A stretch of DNA of 64,000 nucleotides from Candidatus Omnitrophota bacterium (GCA_041309145.1 JBFZAG010000079.1:15-64014); one strand, 5' to 3'; counted from the first letter of the stretch, positions 35,930 to 45,265 are shown. Numbers and translations are program-made. Notes: a model not told the origin generated them from the letters alone.

Positions 35930-36685
35930 TCAACCGTAACGTCCGGTAATATATTCCTCGGTCCTTTTATCCCGCGGGGCGGTAAAAATAACATCGGTTT
36001 TTGAGAATTCGATCAATTCGCCCAAAAGCATAAAGCCGGTCTCATCCGAAACCCGGGCGGCCTGCTGCATGTTATGGGTGACTATTATTATAGTATACTT
36101 GTTCTTTAATTCACGCATTAATTCCTCGATCCGGGCCGTAGCCTGGGGATCAAGGGAAGAGCAGGGCTCGTCCATCAAAAGCACTTCCGGCTTGATCGCG
36201 ATCAGCCGGGCAATGCATAAACGCTGTTTCTGTTCCAGGGAAAGGCTTAAAGCCGATTTATTCAGTTTGTCTTTCAGGTCATCCCACAACAAAACCGACC
36301 TTAAACTGTTCTCGATTATCTCTTCATAATTGTTCCGGCCCTCGACCATGCTGTGGATCTTCAAACCGAAAATAATATTCTCGTATACTGACAGCGGGAA
36401 AGGATTCGGCCTCTGGAAAACCATCCCTACTTTCTTGCGCAGATCGATCAAATCCGCTGCAGGAGCAAGGATATTTCTGTCTTCAATAACCACCTCTCCG
36501 GCTATCTTGATCCCTTCGATAAAATCGTTCATCCGGTTAAACACCCGCAGTAAGGTAGACTTGCCGCAGCCGGAAGGCCCGATGATCGCGGTGATCGCTT
36601 TTTCCCGGAAAGAAGCGTTAACGTTTATTAACGCCTGAAATTTTCCGTACCACAGATCAAGTTTTTTAGTAACGATTTTATTCAT
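35930..36685 (-). CDS. pstB: phosphate ABC transporter ATP-binding protein PstB (copy 1a)
   Basis: Walker [13 protein letters not shown] signature [13 protein letters not shown], PstB-type C-terminus. ATG at 36685 (MNKIVTKK) chosen, which avoids overlap with pstB 1b. Confidence 0.8.
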   Translation of the reverse strand: MNKIVTKKLDLWYGKFQALINVNASFREKAITAIIGPSGCGKSTLLRVFNRMNDFIEGIKIAGEVVIEDRNILAPAADLIDLRKKVGMVFQRPNPFPLSVYENIIFGLKIHSMVEGRNNYEEIIENSLRSVLLWDDLKDKLNKSALSLSLEQKQRLCIARLIAIKPEVLLMDEPCSSLDPQATARIEELMRELKNKYTIIIVTHNMQQAARVSDETGFMLLGELIEFSKTDVIFTAPRDKRTEEYITGRYG

Positions 36686-36728
36686 TCTCTTTCGACTTGT
36701 GACATTTGACTTGTGACGTGTGACTTTC

Positions 36729-37475
36729 TCATCCAAACTTCCCCCGGATATACCCGTCCGTGCGCTTATCATTGGGGGCGGTAAATATCTTGTGAGTGCT
36801 GTCCAATTCCACCAACTCTCCGGAAAGGAAAAACGCGGTTTTATCCCCCACCCGGGCTGCCTGCTTGACGTTATTAGTCACCAGGATTATGGTGTAAGTT
36901 TTCTTTAATTCCACCATAGTATCTTCAACTTTGGCGGTGGAGACCGGGTCCAGCCCTGAGCAGGGCTCGTCGAACAGGATCACTTCCGGCTCAACCGCGA
37001 GAGTGCGGGCGATACAAAGCCGCTGCTGCTGTCCGCCGGAAAGCTTAAAGGCGGATTCGCTGAGCCTATCTTTCATTTCATCCCAGATATACGCCTGTTT
37101 CAGGGAGCGCTCGACGATCTCAGAAAGCTTTTTCTTATCCCTTTGGCCGTGCATGCGCGCCCCGTAAGCGACATTCTCAAAAACCGTCAAAGGAAGCGGC
37201 AACGGCATGGCAAATACCATCCCGATCTCCTTGCGCAAAAGTTCCAGTTCGATCTTGCGCACATCCTTGCCATCCATCTCCACCTTACCCTGTATCTTGA
37301 AATTTAGCTCCAGCTCGTTCAGCCGGTTGAGCATGCGTAAAAACGTGGTTTTTCCGCTGTTCGCCGGCCCGATCACGCTCAAGATCTGATTCTCCGGAAC
37401 CTGCAGGCTGACGTCCTTAAGCGCCTGAGTTTCCCCGAACCAAATATTCAGATTTTCGATATTAAATTTATTCAT
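36729..37475 (-). CDS. pstB: phosphate ABC transporter ATP-binding protein PstB (copy 1b, tandem paralogue)
   Basis: Walker [23 protein letters not shown]. 248 aa. Confidence 0.8.
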   Translation of the reverse strand: MNKFNIENLNIWFGETQALKDVSLQVPENQILSVIGPANSGKTTFLRMLNRLNELELNFKIQGKVEMDGKDVRKIELELLRKEIGMVFAMPLPLPLTVFENVAYGARMHGQRDKKKLSEIVERSLKQAYIWDEMKDRLSESAFKLSGGQQQRLCIARTLAVEPEVILFDEPCSGLDPVSTAKVEDTMVELKKTYTIILVTNNVKQAARVGDKTAFFLSGELVELDSTHKIFTAPNDKRTDGYIRGKFG

Positions 37476-37532
37476 ACATCTTTACCCTCAAAGTCAAAGT
37501 TAGTTTTTCGGGTAAAAAACTTTTACCCGTAA

Positions 37533-37707
37533 GACATTTAGCGGGTGGCAAGGCGTGGCGAGCAGGGCATAAAGGCTCCGAGCGGGCATGGTTTGCCCTG
37601 GTTAAATTTATCGGCAAGAGCGAGGAGCCGACCTGAGCGCAGGCCGCCACGCCGGGGCGGACAAGCGCCCCTGCGAGCCATGCCTTGACAGGACCCGCTA
37701 AATGCCT
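37533..37707 (-). ncRNA. GC-rich ~175-nt imperfect palindrome (long structured element) in the pstA-pstB intergenic region
   Basis: catttagcgggt at 37533 pairs perfectly with acccgctaaatg at 37696. Inner arms agcgggtggcaaggcgtggcgagcagggc and gcgcccctgcgagccatgccttgacaggacccgct are complementary with a few mismatches. An extra hairpin cgggtaaaa/ttttacccg lies at 37509-37530. Local GC is much higher than the flanks. Confidence 0.4.
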
Positions 37708-37751
37708 GCGCGGAAAATCCCAGGCGTTTCCCAAAAAATTATCGGAAATCA

Positions 37752-38603
37752 TCACCATTTCTTCTTTTTTCTGAACTGCGAACGAATAATAATCGCCACT
37801 AAATTCATGAATAGAACCATGACCAGCAGAACGAACGCGGTGCCGTAACGGATCTTCTGGTCCACGTTCGGGACCTGGGTGGAAATAACATACAAGTGAT
37901 AGGGCAAAGCCATGGCCTGGTCAAAGATCGACTTCGGCAAGCGCGGCAAATAAAACGCGGCCACGGTAAATAAGATCGGCGCGGTCTCGCCGGCCGCCCG
38001 GCCAAGCCCCAGGATCGTTCCGGTCAATATCCCGGAAATAGCGTTCGGCAAAACAATGTTGCGGATGGTCTGCCACTTGCTCGCCCCCAGAGAAAGGCTG
38101 ACTTCCCGGAAGGATTGCGGAACAGCTTCCAGCGCTTCCCGGGAAGCGGTAATAATAATAGGCAGGATCATGATCCCCAGGGTCAGCGATCCCGAAAGAA
38201 TGGAAACCCCGAATTTAAAAAAGACCACGAAAAGCGCCAAACCGAACAACCCGTAAACCACCGAAGGGACTCCCGAGAGGTTGACGATCGCCAGTTTGAT
38301 CATCCGGTTAAGGATGTTATCCTTGGCGTATTCGCTTAAATATATCGCGGCCAGGACCCCGATGGGAAGAGCGAAAATGATCGCGCCGCTGACCAGGTAA
38401 AGCGTGCCCACGATCGCCGGTAAGATCCCGCCGGCCCGCATGCCCTGGCGGGGCATATCGCTTAAGAACTGCCAATTGATCGCCGGCAGCCCTTTAACGA
38501 TGATCTCGACCACGATGAAACCCACCGGCAAGACAATAAGCAGGGTCGAGAACAATAAAAAGCTAAAGGCGATCTTCTGGGTCCTTAAAGGGTTTCTTCT
38601 CAT
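37752..38603 (-). CDS. pstA: phosphate ABC transporter permease PstA (copy 1)
   Basis: 283 aa, six TM segments, with the EAA-like motif region of ABC permeases. Operon position after pstC. Confidence 0.8.
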   Translation of the reverse strand: MRRNPLRTQKIAFSFLLFSTLLIVLPVGFIVVEIIVKGLPAINWQFLSDMPRQGMRAGGILPAIVGTLYLVSGAIIFALPIGVLAAIYLSEYAKDNILNRMIKLAIVNLSGVPSVVYGLFGLALFVVFFKFGVSILSGSLTLGIMILPIIITASREALEAVPQSFREVSLSLGASKWQTIRNIVLPNAISGILTGTILGLGRAAGETAPILFTVAAFYLPRLPKSIFDQAMALPYHLYVISTQVPNVDQKIRYGTAFVLLVMVLFMNLVAIIIRSQFRKKKKW

Positions 38604-39463
38604 TTCTTCCTGTGCAAAAATAGGTCCGCGCTCACGTTAATGATGAAACTGATCACGAACAAAACCACTCCGATGGCGAATAAGGCGAAATAATGCTCGC
38701 TGCCCACTACCGCCTCGCCCATTTCCGCGGCGATGGTCGCGGTCAAAGTGCGCACCGGCTGTAAAATGCTCTGGGGGATGACCGCGGCGTTGCCGGTGAT
38801 CATCATCACCGCCATGGTCTCTCCGATCACCCGGCCGATGCCCAGCATGACCGCGGCGAGTATTCCCGAAGAAGCCGCCGGCAGGATCACCCGCCAGATC
38901 GTCTGCCAGTGAGTGGCTCCTAAAGCGAACGCGCCTTCGCGGTAGGATTTGGGGACCGCGTAAAGCGCGTCTTCGGCGATCGAGACGATCGTGGGCATAG
39001 CCATGAAAGCGAGCATGATCGAGCCCGATAACGCGGTCAGCCCGGTCGGCAGATGGAAAACATTTTTCACCAGCGGCACCAGGGTCACCATCCCGATAAA
39101 GCCGATGACCACGCTGGGAATGGCCGCTAACAGCTCGATCCCTACCTTCAAGAATTCCTTGATCTTCCCCGGAGCCACTTCCGCGATATAGATCGCGCAG
39201 CCCACGCCGATCGGCACGGAAATGATCGCGGCTCCGAAAGTGACTAAAAGCGAGCCCAGGATAAGAGGAAGTATGCCCAGTTGCGCGGGCTCGGAGATCG
39301 GATACCAGCTTTTCCCGAAAAGGAAATCCGCCGGGGTGACGATCTTGAACAAAGCCAGCCCTTCTTTAAGCAGGAAAATAAAGATCAAAACCACAAAAAA
39401 AACAGAGGCCAATCCGCATAAAAGGATCAGCTTCTCGATGATGAACTCTTTGATCTTACGCAT
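38600..39463 (-). CDS. pstC: phosphate ABC transporter permease PstC (copy 1)
   Basis: 287 aa permease. 4-bp overlap with pstA. Confidence 0.8.
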   Translation of the reverse strand: MRKIKEFIIEKLILLCGLASVFFVVLIFIFLLKEGLALFKIVTPADFLFGKSWYPISEPAQLGILPLILGSLLVTFGAAIISVPIGVGCAIYIAEVAPGKIKEFLKVGIELLAAIPSVVIGFIGMVTLVPLVKNVFHLPTGLTALSGSIMLAFMAMPTIVSIAEDALYAVPKSYREGAFALGATHWQTIWRVILPAASSGILAAVMLGIGRVIGETMAVMMITGNAAVIPQSILQPVRTLTATIAAEMGEAVVGSEHYFALFAIGVVLFVISFIINVSADLFLHRKK

Positions 39464-39487
39464 AAGCGATTATTATCGTTTAACCCG

Positions 39488-40339
39488 CTATTTGACCGGG
39501 ACAAAATCGGTTTCCAGAACTATCTTCTGTCCTTCGGCGGAAAGTGCGAAATCAATAAATTTTTTAACCAACCCCTGAGGCTCGCCGTTGGTGTAAATAA
39601 ATAACGGCCGGGAGATGGGATAAATATTCTTGACCACATTGTCAATAGCAGGCTCGATGTACGCGGATTTTTCATCTTTAGCGATGGCCACCGGTTTTTG
39701 CTTAGCGCAAATATAACCCATGCCGTAATAACCGATCGCGGAAGAATTACCGGCGACTTCGTCGGCAATTGCCTGCGAGGAAGAAAGCATCAGCGCCTTG
39801 GGAGAAAATTCTTCTTTAGAATTAGGGTCGTTCTTCCTCAAGACATGCTCTTTGAAATAAACGTGGGTCCCGGAATTGACTTCCCGGGACAACAGGACGA
39901 TCTTCTCGTCCTTGCCTCCCAGCTCTTTCCAATTATTGATCTTGCCGCTAAAGATCGCGGCCAGCTGATCAAGAGTCAATTTCTCTATTGGATTCTTAGG
40001 ATTGACCACCACCGCGATACCGTCCAGAGCAACTTTAATTTCCCTGGGATCTATGCCCTTAAGCTTGGCCTGGTCGATCTCTTTCTGCTTGATCTCCCGC
40101 GAGCTCATCGCGATATCGCAGGTCCCGCTGAGCAGGCTGGCGATGCCGGTGCCTGAACCGCCGCCGGTCACCGCGATAAATTCTTCAGGATTCGTCTCCA
40201 TATATTTCTCCGCCCAGGCCTGGCCGAGATTGACCATAGTATCCGAACCTTTGACCTGCAATGAATTATCCTGGCGGGCGGCAAAAGCCGAAGTTGAAAA
40301 CATGACTGCGACCGCGAACAAAAAGATTCTCTTCAGCAT
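39488..40339 (-). CDS. pstS: phosphate-binding periplasmic protein PstS (copy 1)
   Basis: Signal peptide. Phosphate-binding motifs (TGGGSGTG...SSREIK). Confidence 0.8.
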   Translation of the reverse strand: MLKRIFLFAVAVMFSTSAFAARQDNSLQVKGSDTMVNLGQAWAEKYMETNPEEFIAVTGGGSGTGIASLLSGTCDIAMSSREIKQKEIDQAKLKGIDPREIKVALDGIAVVVNPKNPIEKLTLDQLAAIFSGKINNWKELGGKDEKIVLLSREVNSGTHVYFKEHVLRKNDPNSKEEFSPKALMLSSSQAIADEVAGNSSAIGYYGMGYICAKQKPVAIAKDEKSAYIEPAIDNVVKNIYPISRPLFIYTNGEPQGLVKKFIDFALSAEGQKIVLETDFVPVK

Positions 40340-40398
40340 ATTCTTCCTCCTTAAATATAATGTTTTGCTTTATTATAACCGACTTATCCGGAAATGAA

Positions 40399-40416
40399 TG
40401 TAAAATCTGTGTAAAA
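40399..40416 (-). promoter_or_regulatory. putative Pho-box-like direct repeats upstream of pstS copy 1
   Basis: On the minus strand TTTTACA occurs twice with an 11-bp period (plus-strand tgtaaaa at 40399 and 40410), about 20 bp upstream of a TATAAT and a GGAGG RBS. This resembles the 11-bp-period direct repeats bound by PhoB/PhoP. Confidence 0.3.
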
Positions 40417-40453
40417 TCTTAAAATGAAGGATTAAGGCTGGGAACTAAGGGGA

Positions 40454-41131
40454 TTATTCGCTGTGATCGAGTTTCTCCGGATGATGCTTGACCATTTTTG
40501 CCTCGATCATATAAATGATGTCTTCGGCGATATTTGTAGCGTGGTCGCAGATCCGCTCCAGATGCCTGGCTATTAAAAGTAAAGGTAAAGCCCGGGGGAT
40601 CGAAGAGCAGTCTTTGGACATATAATCATTGATCAACTCTGTCTGAACTGAATTGCGCAAGGAATCCGCTTCGCTATCCCTTAAGATGACTTTTTTGGCC
40701 AATTCCGGGTTGTCACTGAGAAAAGCGCTGATCACATCCCCGGTCATTTCCGTCGCGACAACGCTGAGCCTGGGAATATCAACCAGCGGCTTTAAGAGCG
40801 GCTTATCCGCCAACTCCAGCACGCGCTGGCAAATATCCACGGCCAGATCGCCCATGCGCTCCAGATCGGTATTCATCTGCATGGCCATGGTGATGAACCT
40901 CAGGTCCATTGCCATAGGCTGGCGCAGAGCCAACAGGTCAACGCAGGTCTTAACGATCTTCACCTCCAAATCATCCAAAAGCTTATCATTGGCGATAATT
41001 TGTTCGGCTTCCTCTTTATTCAATTCTTTAAGGGCTTGTATGGACTTGGCTATCGCTTGCTGCACCAGGCATCCTTCATAAAGGATATCTTTTTTTAAAT
41101 TTGCCAGCTCTTCATCAAAATGTCTTTCCAT
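40454..41131 (-). CDS. phoU: phosphate transport regulator PhoU (copy 2)
   Basis: 225 aa. Paralogue of copy 1 (MERHFDEELANLKKDIL versus MQRHFDEELKELHKEIL). GGAG RBS. Confidence 0.8.
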   Translation of the reverse strand: MERHFDEELANLKKDILYEGCLVQQAIAKSIQALKELNKEEAEQIIANDKLLDDLEVKIVKTCVDLLALRQPMAMDLRFITMAMQMNTDLERMGDLAVDICQRVLELADKPLLKPLVDIPRLSVVATEMTGDVISAFLSDNPELAKKVILRDSEADSLRNSVQTELINDYMSKDCSSIPRALPLLLIARHLERICDHATNIAEDIIYMIEAKMVKHHPEKLDHSE

Positions 41132-41143
41132 ATTATTGCTCCT

Positions 41144-41246
41144 AACGTAGAGACGTACACCAATCCATCCTATTGGATTGGGTGTAACGTAGAAACGTAC
41201 ACCAATCCATCCTATTGGATTGGGTGTAACGTAGAGACGTACACCG
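41144..41246. repeat. 2.4 tandem copies of a 42-bp unit containing a hairpin, followed by two more GC hairpins
   Basis: Unit taacgtagagacgtacaccaatccatcctattggattgggtg (copy 2 has a single G to A change). Internal hairpin caatcca-tcctat-tggattg. Downstream hairpins ccgacgc..gcgtcgg and ggcgc-gataa-gcgcc (41262-41316). Confidence 0.6.
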
Positions 41247-41326
41247 GCGCAATTCTACGCCACAAGGCGATGCCGACGCAATTCCGATTAGCGTCGGGCG
41301 CGATAAGCGCCGGGTGTCGGTGATTG

Positions 41327-41758
41327 TTAACTTTTAACATCAGTTTCTTGGAATTCCTCGGCAATGATCGCCCTGATCAGGGTTTTAACTTTTTCCCGTA
41401 TTTTTTCCCTTACCTGCCTGAAGAAATAAAGGGATTTTCCTTTAGGATCGTCAATATCCCACTCCACGCTCTTTTTAGCGGCGAAGATCGGGCAGACATC
41501 GTGGCAGCCCAAGGTTACCACGTAATCAAATTCTTTCGCCGGAAGGTCCTTAAACCCTTTTGATCCCTGTTTGGAAATATCAATTCCTTCTTCTTCCATT
41601 ACTTTGATAGCGTCAGGATTGATCTTGCCCGAAGGGTTCGAACCCGCGCTGTAAGCCTCGATCGAATTAGAACCGTAAAATTTCGCGAAGCCCTCAGCCA
41701 TCTGGCTGCGGCAGGAATTTTCCACGCAAACGAACAATACTTTCTTTTTCCCGCTCAT
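41327..41758 (-). CDS. low-molecular-weight phosphotyrosine phosphatase / ArsC-type (thioredoxin-coupled) arsenate reductase family protein
   Basis: 143 aa. [14 protein letters not shown]-loop (C-X5-R) near the N-terminus. 4-bp overlap with upstream pstB. Confidence 0.65.
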   Translation of the reverse strand: MSGKKKVLFVCVENSCRSQMAEGFAKFYGSNSIEAYSAGSNPSGKINPDAIKVMEEEGIDISKQGSKGFKDLPAKEFDYVVTLGCHDVCPIFAAKKSVEWDIDDPKGKSLYFFRQVREKIREKVKTLIRAIIAEEFQETDVKS

Positions 41759-42600
41759 CCGAACCTCCCGGTTATATAGGCTTCGGTCTTACTGTCCCGG
41801 GGAGCGGTAAAAATAGTTTCTGTCCGGGAAAACTCGATCAGCTCTCCCATCAGGAAAAAACCGGTATGATCGGATACCCTGGCCGCCTGCTGCATGTTGT
41901 GGGTGACGATCACTATGGTGTAATTTTTTTTCAATTCCAGGATAAGCTCTTCTATCTTTCCGGTGGATATCGGGTCAAGGCTGGCGCAGGGCTCGTCAAA
42001 AAGGATGACCGAAGGATTGACCGCGATGCACCGGGCAATACAGAGCCGCTGCTGCTGCCCCCCGGAAAGCCTTAAAGCGTTGTCATAAAGCCGGTCTTTG
42101 ATCTCATCCCACAACGCCGCTTTCTTTAGCGACTGTACGACTCTTTCCTCGATAAACTCCTTGTCGCGGACGCCGTTGACCATCAGCCCGTAACTAATAT
42201 TTTCAAATATGCTTTTAGGAAAAGGGTTGGGTTTCTGGAAAACCATTCCCACTTTCCGGCGGATATCCACGGCGTCAACGCAGGGATCGAAAATATCCTT
42301 GCCGTCCAGATAAACATGGCCGGAAATGCGGGTATTGGGAACCAGTTCGTTCATCCGGTTTATCAGCCGGATAAACGTGGATTTTCCGCAACCCGAAGGC
42401 CCGATTATCGCGGTCACGCTGTTTTTGTAGATATCCAGATTGATGTTCTTTAAAGCCTGGGTCTTGGCGTAGAAAAAATCGAGGTTCTCTACCTTGATCT
42501 TTACTTCCGGCTTTGAGAACTCATCCCCATCACTTTGTTTCCGGGGAATACACACCTGATTAAGATTTAAATCCCGCAATAAAGGTTTAACCATTTTCAC
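41755..42600 (-). CDS. pstB: phosphate ABC transporter ATP-binding protein PstB (copy 2)
   Basis: Walker [23 protein letters not shown]. 281 aa. Confidence 0.8.
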   Translation of the reverse strand: MKMVKPLLRDLNLNQVCIPRKQSDGDEFSKPEVKIKVENLDFFYAKTQALKNINLDIYKNSVTAIIGPSGCGKSTFIRLINRMNELVPNTRISGHVYLDGKDIFDPCVDAVDIRRKVGMVFQKPNPFPKSIFENISYGLMVNGVRDKEFIEERVVQSLKKAALWDEIKDRLYDNALRLSGGQQQRLCIARCIAVNPSVILFDEPCASLDPISTGKIEELILELKKNYTIVIVTHNMQQAARVSDHTGFFLMGELIEFSRTETIFTAPRDSKTEAYITGRFG

Positions 42601-43435
42601 TCCTTTGTTTCTGGCGGATAATAATCGCTACTGTGGAGATAGCCAGAACTAAAGCTAAAAGAATAAGCGAACACCCGTAGGCGATGGTCACTTGTTTATC
42701 CGGGTGCGTGCCTTCGGTCATCAACGCGTAAATATGGTAAGGTAAAGCCATCACTTCGGAAAATACTGATTTGGGTAACCCGCGCGAATAAAATGTCGCG
42801 GCGGTAAAAAGGATAGGGGCGGTTTCTCCGGCGATCCTGCCGACACTCAGGATCACGCCGGTTAAAATCCCCGGCAAGGCGTGAGGCAAAACTATCTTTT
42901 TGATGGTCTGCCAGTGGGTCGCGCCTAAAGCCAAAGATGCCTCGCGCAAGGACTGGGGCACTGCCATTAAAGCTTCCTGGGCCGCGCTGATTATGATCGG
43001 CAATGCCAGGATCCCCAGGGTAAGGCTGCCGGAAAGGATCGATACCCCGAACTTGAAGAATTTGACAAAAAGCGCCAGGCCGAAAAGCCCGAATACCACC
43101 GACGGGACACCGGCGAGATTATTGATGCTCATCCGGATAATATTGACTACAAACCCCTTAGGGCTGTATTCATTCAAATAGATCGCGCAGGCCAGCCCAA
43201 GAGGCAGGGCGAACATGATCGCTCCCATGGTCAGATAAAAAGTCCCCAGGATCGCAGGAGCGACTCCGCCTTCGGTCATGGCTTTGCGGGGAACATCGGT
43301 CAAGAATTGCCAGGAAATTATCCCAAATCCGCGGACCGCGATAAAATAAATGATCGAGCCCAGGAAAAAAAGCGTAAGCACAACACTTAAAGTTATCAGC
43401 CCGAACCCTATGCTTTGAGTGATATTTTTTTTCAT
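42587..43435 (-). CDS. pstA: phosphate ABC transporter permease PstA (copy 2)
   Basis: 282 aa, paralogous to copy 1 and co-linear with it. Confidence 0.8.
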   Translation of the reverse strand: MKKNITQSIGFGLITLSVVLTLFFLGSIIYFIAVRGFGIISWQFLTDVPRKAMTEGGVAPAILGTFYLTMGAIMFALPLGLACAIYLNEYSPKGFVVNIIRMSINNLAGVPSVVFGLFGLALFVKFFKFGVSILSGSLTLGILALPIIISAAQEALMAVPQSLREASLALGATHWQTIKKIVLPHALPGILTGVILSVGRIAGETAPILFTAATFYSRGLPKSVFSEVMALPYHIYALMTEGTHPDKQVTIAYGCSLILLALVLAISTVAIIIRQKQRSENG

Positions 43436-44316
43436 CGGCCTAACCCCAGTTTGATCCTGAACCTGCGGCTGATGATCTCGGAGATAATATTAAAAACCAA
43501 AGTAAAAATAAATAGAACCAAACCTATCGAAAACAAAGCATTGTAATGCAGGCTGCCCATTACCGCTTCCCCCATTTCCGCGGCGATGGTGGAAGTCATG
43601 GGGCGGACCGGCTGGAAAAAACTGTGAGGGATAACCGCGGCTCCTCCGGCGACCATTAGAACCGTCATCGTCTCTCCCACCGCCCGGCTCATCCCTAAGA
43701 TTATCGCGGTGGATATCCCCGACCCGGCGGCGGGTATGACTACCCGGACCAGAGTCTGCCATCTGTTGGCGCCTACGGCCAGCGAAGCCTCGCGGAAACT
43801 AAGCGGCACGCAGGACAACGCGTCTTCGGACAGGCTGCAAATCGTTGGTATAGCCATGATCCCCAATATTAAACTCGCGGTAAAAGCGCATAAACCGGTG
43901 GGCAAATGAAAAGCCTTCTGTAATATCGGAGCGGCGATAGCCATGCCGAAGAAACCAAAAACCACCGAAGGTATGCTCGCCAGGATCTCGATCAAGGGCT
44001 TCAAGAACGCCTTCTGGCGGTTAGAAGCCAGCTCGTGAATATACAAAGCGCTGCCCACTCCCAGAGGAACGCAAACCAGCATCGCTCCCGCGGTCACCCA
44101 CAGCGAACCCAGGATTATCGGCAGGATCCCGAATTCCGCCTGATCATGGGTAGGATACCAATTATTTCCGAAGAGAAAATCATTTAATCCGACTTCTTTT
44201 AAAAGAGGGAAACTTTCCTTGAATAAAAGGATGATAATGCCTAATAAGAAGATCAACGAGGAAAACGCCAGGAGGGTAAAAAACCATTTATAAATTTTTT
44301 CTTTGATTTTATACAT
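43432..44316 (-). CDS. pstC: phosphate ABC transporter permease PstC (copy 2)
   Basis: 294 aa, paralogous to copy 1. Confidence 0.8.
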   Translation of the reverse strand: MYKIKEKIYKWFFTLLAFSSLIFLLGIIILLFKESFPLLKEVGLNDFLFGNNWYPTHDQAEFGILPIILGSLWVTAGAMLVCVPLGVGSALYIHELASNRQKAFLKPLIEILASIPSVVFGFFGMAIAAPILQKAFHLPTGLCAFTASLILGIMAIPTICSLSEDALSCVPLSFREASLAVGANRWQTLVRVVIPAAGSGISTAIILGMSRAVGETMTVLMVAGGAAVIPHSFFQPVRPMTSTIAAEMGEAVMGSLHYNALFSIGLVLFIFTLVFNIISEIISRRFRIKLGLGR

Positions 44317-44352
44317 TTTTTGTCTTCAGCCGTGAGTTTTCTGTTGGATTTT

Positions 44353-44391
44353 TGTGCGGCGAGAGTCTATAGCTAGCACTCTCGCCGCACA
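44353..44391 (-). promoter_or_regulatory. intercistronic 13-bp-stem hairpin between pstS and pstC (copy 2)
   Basis: Perfect inverted repeat tgtgcggcgagag ... ctctcgccgcaca with a 13-nt loop. Not followed by a U-run on the coding strand, so a partial terminator or mRNA-stability element is more likely than a full terminator. Confidence 0.45.
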
Positions 44392-44420
44392 AGGAGGATA
44401 AAATGAGTAATTATCCTTTC

Positions 44421-45230
44421 CTACTTGATGCTCACAAACCCTTCCTCTTCCACCAATTTTTGCCCCTCGGAACTGAGGATAAAATCGATGAATTCCTTAA
44501 CTAAACCGCTCGGTTTACCGTTGGTGTACATAAAAAGCGGCCGGGATAATTTGTACTGTTTGCTTAAAACGGTTTTTTTGCTCGCCGCTACGCCGTCTAT
44601 GTTGATCACTTTCACTCCGGACATATAGGCCAAACCCACATACCCGATGGCTCCCGGGGTTTTGGCTACAACCGAAGCCACAGCCTGGTTGGAAGCCTGC
44701 ATCAGGGCGTCTGATCTTACCTTGGCCTTATCCAAAGCTAACTCGGCGAACGCCTCGAACGTCCCGCTGGCTGAGTCACGGGAAACCACCACGATCTTCT
44801 TTCCGCTCCCGCCAACCTGGCCCCAATCTGAGATCTTGCCGGTATAAATAGCCTTAAGCTGAGCTTTAGTCAATCCATCGACTGTGTTGGCGTTGTTGAC
44901 GACGACCGCGATCCCGTCCATGGCCACGACATTGGCCTTGGGCTCTTTACCGCGGCCGACAGCCTTTTCCAACTCTTCATCCTTGATCGCCCGCGAAGAA
45001 TCAGCGATATCGCAGGTGCCCTCGATCAATGAGGTAATGCCTACTCCTGAACCGCCGCCGCGAACGGATATGTCCGCGTTGGAATTGGCGTTCATAAAGT
45101 CTTCAGCGGCTCTTTGGGCGATAGGCAGAACCGTGGTCGATCCTTCAACCACGATCTTTTCCGCGCAGGCCGGGATCGCCAGGCCTAACGCGAGTATTGA
45201 CAATATCACTAAACTGCTTAAACGTTTCAT
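44421..45230 (-). CDS. pstS: phosphate-binding periplasmic protein PstS (copy 2)
   Basis: Signal peptide and PstS motifs (RGGGSGVG..SSRAIK). Confidence 0.8.
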   Translation of the reverse strand: MKRLSSLVILSILALGLAIPACAEKIVVEGSTTVLPIAQRAAEDFMNANSNADISVRGGGSGVGITSLIEGTCDIADSSRAIKDEELEKAVGRGKEPKANVVAMDGIAVVVNNANTVDGLTKAQLKAIYTGKISDWGQVGGSGKKIVVVSRDSASGTFEAFAELALDKAKVRSDALMQASNQAVASVVAKTPGAIGYVGLAYMSGVKVINIDGVAASKKTVLSKQYKLSRPLFMYTNGKPSGLVKEFIDFILSSEGQKLVEEEGFVSIK

Positions 45231-45265
45231 TGCTTTCTTCTCCTTTTTGGATTGGGTGCCATTAA

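Noticed and set aside
37468-37758. 96-aa minus-strand ORF spanning the pstA-pstB intergenic region
   Set aside because: It lies entirely within the GC-rich palindromic element. The translation (Ala/Arg/Pro-rich) is typical of translating GC-rich non-coding DNA.
41120-41323. 67-aa plus-strand ORF over the 42-bp tandem repeat
   Set aside because: The protein is just the repeat translated (NVETYTNPSYWIGC x2) and has no RBS. It is an artefact of the tandem DNA repeat.
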